DNA from: Octopus bimaculoides
Taxonomy: Eukaryota
DNA length: 52,846 bases
Assembly (NCBI RefSeq): GCF_001194135.2
Contig: NC_068985.1
Coordinates: forward strand, 44,716,125 to 44,768,970
Direction of reading: 5' to 3'
The notes under the pieces are model-generated. The model was not told where the DNA came from, did not search any database, and was given only the letters and a program-made list of their open reading frames with translations. A program made the translations under genes and the position numbers. The number at the start of each line of letters is the position of its first letter. The first letter of the stretch is position 1. Below are positions 48,626 through 52,846 of this stretch, piece by piece.

Positions 48626-49631
48626 AGTCATTTAAACAGAATGCCTTTATATCATCGAATACTTTTGTCTTAGAATATTTTATGCTCAAAAATCTTCGTT
48701 TTAGTACCCATTACATTACAACTGGTTACTACTCAGCTTTAGTTTCAATCCTCACATAGAATTCTTTCGTGGAAATGAAAACTACAAAATGACACCTTGC
48801 TCAAAAATATTCGTTTCAATACCCACCGCATTACAAGTGGTTACTATTCAAAACTTAAGGGTCATTGTTCACTTAGAATGCTTTATTGGAAATGAAAACT
48901 TCAATATCACACCTACTTCATAAAGGACACTGAATATAGCTTACAAAGAGTTTCGAACCCGTAATCCACATACCAAAATACTGACATTGTACCACACAGA
49001 ATGTCAAATATAGCCAAATATAAAATGACAAATATGAAGAGATTACTGAAAGAGAATAGTTAACCTATGACATTTAAGGTTAACTCTGCAGCTTCCGGTG
49101 TTCGTTTACTCCTGCGGATCCGGTCCAGTCATTCTAGTTCGAGTTTAAGGTTTATTTGATATTTTAGTATGAAGTATATTTGGGTATTTTTGACGTGTTA
49201 GTTTGTCATATATATATATATTAGTATTTATAATGTGTTTACCAGCAATTAGATACGTTATCTGATTAGCTCGCTCTTTCAAACGAACATAAAACAATAT
49301 AAAGTAAATTACAATTCTAAATGTAGTTCCTTCCAGTTTTCGATGTACTTCGAATGACACACACATGCAGACAAACGTACGCCCTGCCCCCACTCTCACG
49401 CACGCGCCCACACACAGACACACATATTCAGGCTAATGCAAACACAAGCATGCACATGGATATACAAACACGTACATACAATATTACTCAAGAACATACA
49501 CGCACACTCACACAAACACACACGCGTGGACATACTTACAGACATACAGTCTTATAGGCATATGTACTGTGACCTACACCTGATTTTAAATACGTTTCGA
49601 AGCACAGATAACTTCGTGTATAATTATATAC

Positions 49632-49697
<66 letters not shown>

Positions 49698-49789
49698 ATT
49701 TGCACATGGTATTTTCAGACCTACTTACAAGAAAACAGAAAGTCGAGGTTTTTTATTGATGTGCATTTCATTTATGTGTATATATATAC

Positions 49790-49822
<33 letters not shown>

Positions 49823-50105
49823 NNNNNNNNNNNNNNNNNNNNNNNNNNNNNNNNNNNNNNNNNNNNNNNNNNNNNNNNNNNNNNNNNNNNNNNNNNNNNN
49901 NNNNNNNNNNNNNNNNNNNNNNNNNNNNNNNNNNNNNNNNNNNNNNNNNNNNNNNNNNNNNNNNNNNNNNNNNNNNNNNNNNNNNNNNNNNNNNNNNNNN
50001 NNNNNNNNNNNNNNNNNNNNNNNNNNNNNNNNNNNNNNNNNNNNNNNNNNNNNNNNNNNNNNNNNNNNNNNNNNNNNNNNNNNNNNNNNNNNNNNNNNNN
50101 NNNNN

Positions 50106-50164
<59 letters not shown>

Positions 50165-51441
50165 TATATACGTCTATATGTACATACGTACATATGTATA
50201 TATATATGTCTGTGTATACGAACAGCCATACAAATATATAAGCCCTAAATTCTTGCCCGTCCCCTCTCCCACCACTAACACGCCACACACTGCAACATAA
50301 ATAATCCACTGCATTCTTTACTGACGCCTAATGCTATAAAGTATTGGTTTGAGTGAAGAGTTGTTTATGTCATAGTTGACAAAGAAGGGAAATTACACAT
50401 ACTTGTGATACCATATTTCCTGTGCAACATTCTCTTTTTACCTATTTCTTCTGTTGACTAAGGTATTCTATTTTCTAAAATTTATTTTCGTTTCGCTTCA
50501 CCTTCAGAAGAAACAATACCAGTTACAACTACTAGAATTACAGTAACTACTACAAGTAAAGTAATTACTTAACAATTAATATTTATGGAACTATTTGGAA
50601 TGTAGAACGAATCTGTTTCTTCAATTTCGTCAAGAATTTTTGTTTTATGGTACTTTTTTGTTTGCTGGAAATTGTTTGTTTTTGTTTTGTCTTTGTCTGT
50701 GCTCTAAGTAGAGCAATAAAACATCCTTGTTTGACTTCAGTTATAAATGGAACATGATTCCAGCATCAATTGTCTATCAGCAGAGATTTTAATTGAGAAC
50801 ATCGGACAGTTACAAGCTGCTCATTAGTTTACATTAGTGTAAGCCGCCGTCACATAGCAGCAAACTTATACAGTTGCTAATAGACGAAGCTAGGGAGAGC
50901 AATGTCTCAAAATCCATTGGTTCGCTGGAGCGTTACTGACGATTCCCTTTTCATGTAGTTATTTAAGGACAGATTCATCGCCCCATTAACACACATACTC
51001 ACGCTCACACACTCACACATTCATATAACATTACAGGCAGAGTTACGCGTGTATATATTTATATACACACGCGTACAAATATATAGGCAAACATCCAAAC
51101 GTGCATACATACCCATGCAAACACGTACGCATGTTAAGTCATTATATGACTCGCGCATGTTGATATCTGCACGTAGAGGCAAGCTATGTTCGAATGGGTA
51201 AAGTATTCTGATATTTGCTTAGGGATCGTGGGTTCACATTCATTTACAGGTAATCCGTAGTTATTCGTACAAAATAAAACGTAATATGTTTTATTTTACA
51301 CGAAACCATTGTAAATAAGTTACCGGATCTTCCAGGGAAAATATCAAAAGACCTGAACAGCTATCGGTAGATTTTCTACAGATCACCGACCACTAAGTGT
51401 TTTCACATACATAAAGAATTCTCGCACACATACATATATGT

Positions 51442-51572
51442 GGAGGCGCAGTAGCCCAGAGGTTAGGGCAGCGGATTCGCGGTCGTAGGATCGCAGTTTC
51501 GATTCCCAAAACGGGCATTGTGAGTGTTCATTGAGTGAAAACACCAAAAGGTCCATGAGGCTCCGGCAGGGA
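51442..51572 (+). mobile_element. SINE family C, 5' part
   Basis: gtggaggcgcagtagcccagaggttagggcagcgg..gtttcgattccc. Confidence 0.85.
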
Positions 51573-51884
51573 ACTTGTGCAAATGGCTGCATCTTCTGTT
51601 ATGTGCTCAGTATTACGGAAAAAAATACACTACTCTAAAAAGAAATTCTTTAAGGTTCATATATATATATATATATATATATANNNNNNNNNNNNNNNNN
51701 NNNNNNNNNNNNNNNNNNNNNNNNNNNNNNNNNNNNNNNNNNNNNNNNNNNNNNNNNNNNNNNNNNNNNNNNNNNNNNNNNNNNNNNNNNNNNNNNNNNN
51801 NNNNNNNNNNNNNNNNNNNNNNNNNNNNNNNNNNNNNNNNNNNNNNNNNNNNNNNNNNNNNNNNNNNNNNNNNNNNNNNNNNNN

Positions 51885-52800
51885 CGGAGAAGAAGCACAC
51901 TCCAAGAAGTAGAGCAGTCTATATCTATTGCTGTCACTGTCGACAGAAGCGGCAGCAGCAGCAGCAGCAGCAAAATCAACAGTAGCGACGGCAGCAGCAG
52001 CAGTAACAACAGCCGCAACATCAACATCGGCAGGCTTAATAATACCAACACATGCACCACTGGCAACACACGCGGAGGCAGTAACACTACTGATGCGACC
52101 ACCATCTCCAGTGGCACCACCACCAACAACCCCAGCTCCAGCACCACCAGAATGAACACCATCGGCAGCACCAGCAGTAGCAACTGCGGCACCGACGGCA
52201 CCGACGGCAGCAACAACATCGACAACGACACTGACTCCACGCATCCAAGGAAATACATTGGAAGAGCGGGAACTTCCTTTTAGAAACGCCTTTCCAACCA
52301 TAGATACTCCTTCAGGGTTCCAGAAAGGAAATATGTAACATCACTGGCCAGCCATATCTGGCAACTGAAGGGAGATGGAATTCCATATGCGTTATCATGG
52401 AAAATCCTCCACCGTCCGGGTCTGTACATCAATGGAACGAAACGCTGCATGCTCATAGAAATCCTGAAAACCTCGCACGTATCAGAGACCATTTTGAACT
52501 CCAGAACGGAGATTTTCGAACCATGTTTGCATTTCAAGAGATTCCTGCTAGTGCTTTGGGAACCGTATAATAGCGATAATAGCCGACAGGTGGCGTAGCT
52601 TAAAGTAGGACGACACAGCCGGAAGCCGATGACCAGCAGCAAAGGGAGATAATCCCCATTTTTTATATCTGTATCGTTTCCCCCTCCATATTTTAAAGAG
52701 GCCATAGGCCAACAGGTTTTAGGGGCTTAAGATACGCCATAAAGTGTATCTTTATGGCGTATCTTCAGACCCTAAGAAACCCAGGGTGACTCTATAAACC
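51885..52800 (+). mobile_element. Penelope-like element 3' end (GIY-YIG endonuclease remnant plus structured 3' UTR)
   Basis: RKYIGRAGTSF*KRLSNHRYSF..TSLASHIWQLK..YALSWKIL..KRCML..LNSRTEIFEPCLH. Confidence 0.82.
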
Positions 52801-52814
52801 GGCCTTCGCCAGTA

Positions 52815-52845
<31 letters not shown>

Positions 52846-52846
52846 T

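Noticed and set aside
51266-51302. AT-rich inverted repeat aaaataaaac..gttttatttt
   Set aside because: Short and low-complexity, so likely chance in this base composition.
51650-52301. Two 200-aa minus-strand ORFs rich in L/V/A
   Set aside because: They are antisense shadows of the plus-strand low-complexity Penelope frame, extended by an N gap.

Overview
AT-rich, microsatellite-saturated animal DNA with about 35 N-gaps, nearly all bounded by simple repeats. The SINE and LINE complement looks like a cephalopod (Octopus-type) genome; this is inferred from repeat content, not from a search. I can support no intact host gene, RNA gene or CRISPR array. Almost all listed ORFs are microsatellite or N read-through, or transposon remnants. 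The window holds decayed mobile elements: three tRNA-derived SINE families (here A, B, C), Tx1/L1-clade LINE fragments, several restriction-like-endonuclease (RLE, R4/Dong-type) LINE fragments, two Penelope-like elements (RT, GIY-YIG, hammerhead-ribozyme-like relics), a near-complete piggyBac, a DD34D mariner, an internally deleted DD37D (maT) element and hAT relics. The most interesting signals: (1) an RLE LINE family whose six fragments all abut (ATAC)n with the same strand polarity; (2) a tRNA-SINE subfamily sharing its terminal ~50 nt with the Tx1 LINE; (3) hammerhead-like motifs at Penelope 3' ends, one apparently destroyed by fold-back duplication; (4) a Penelope GIY-YIG frame with a ~100-codon Ser/Thr/Asn/Gly tract upstream of YIG; (5) a piggyBac fragment captured inside a SINE. 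Coordinates and identities were read by eye and are approximate.
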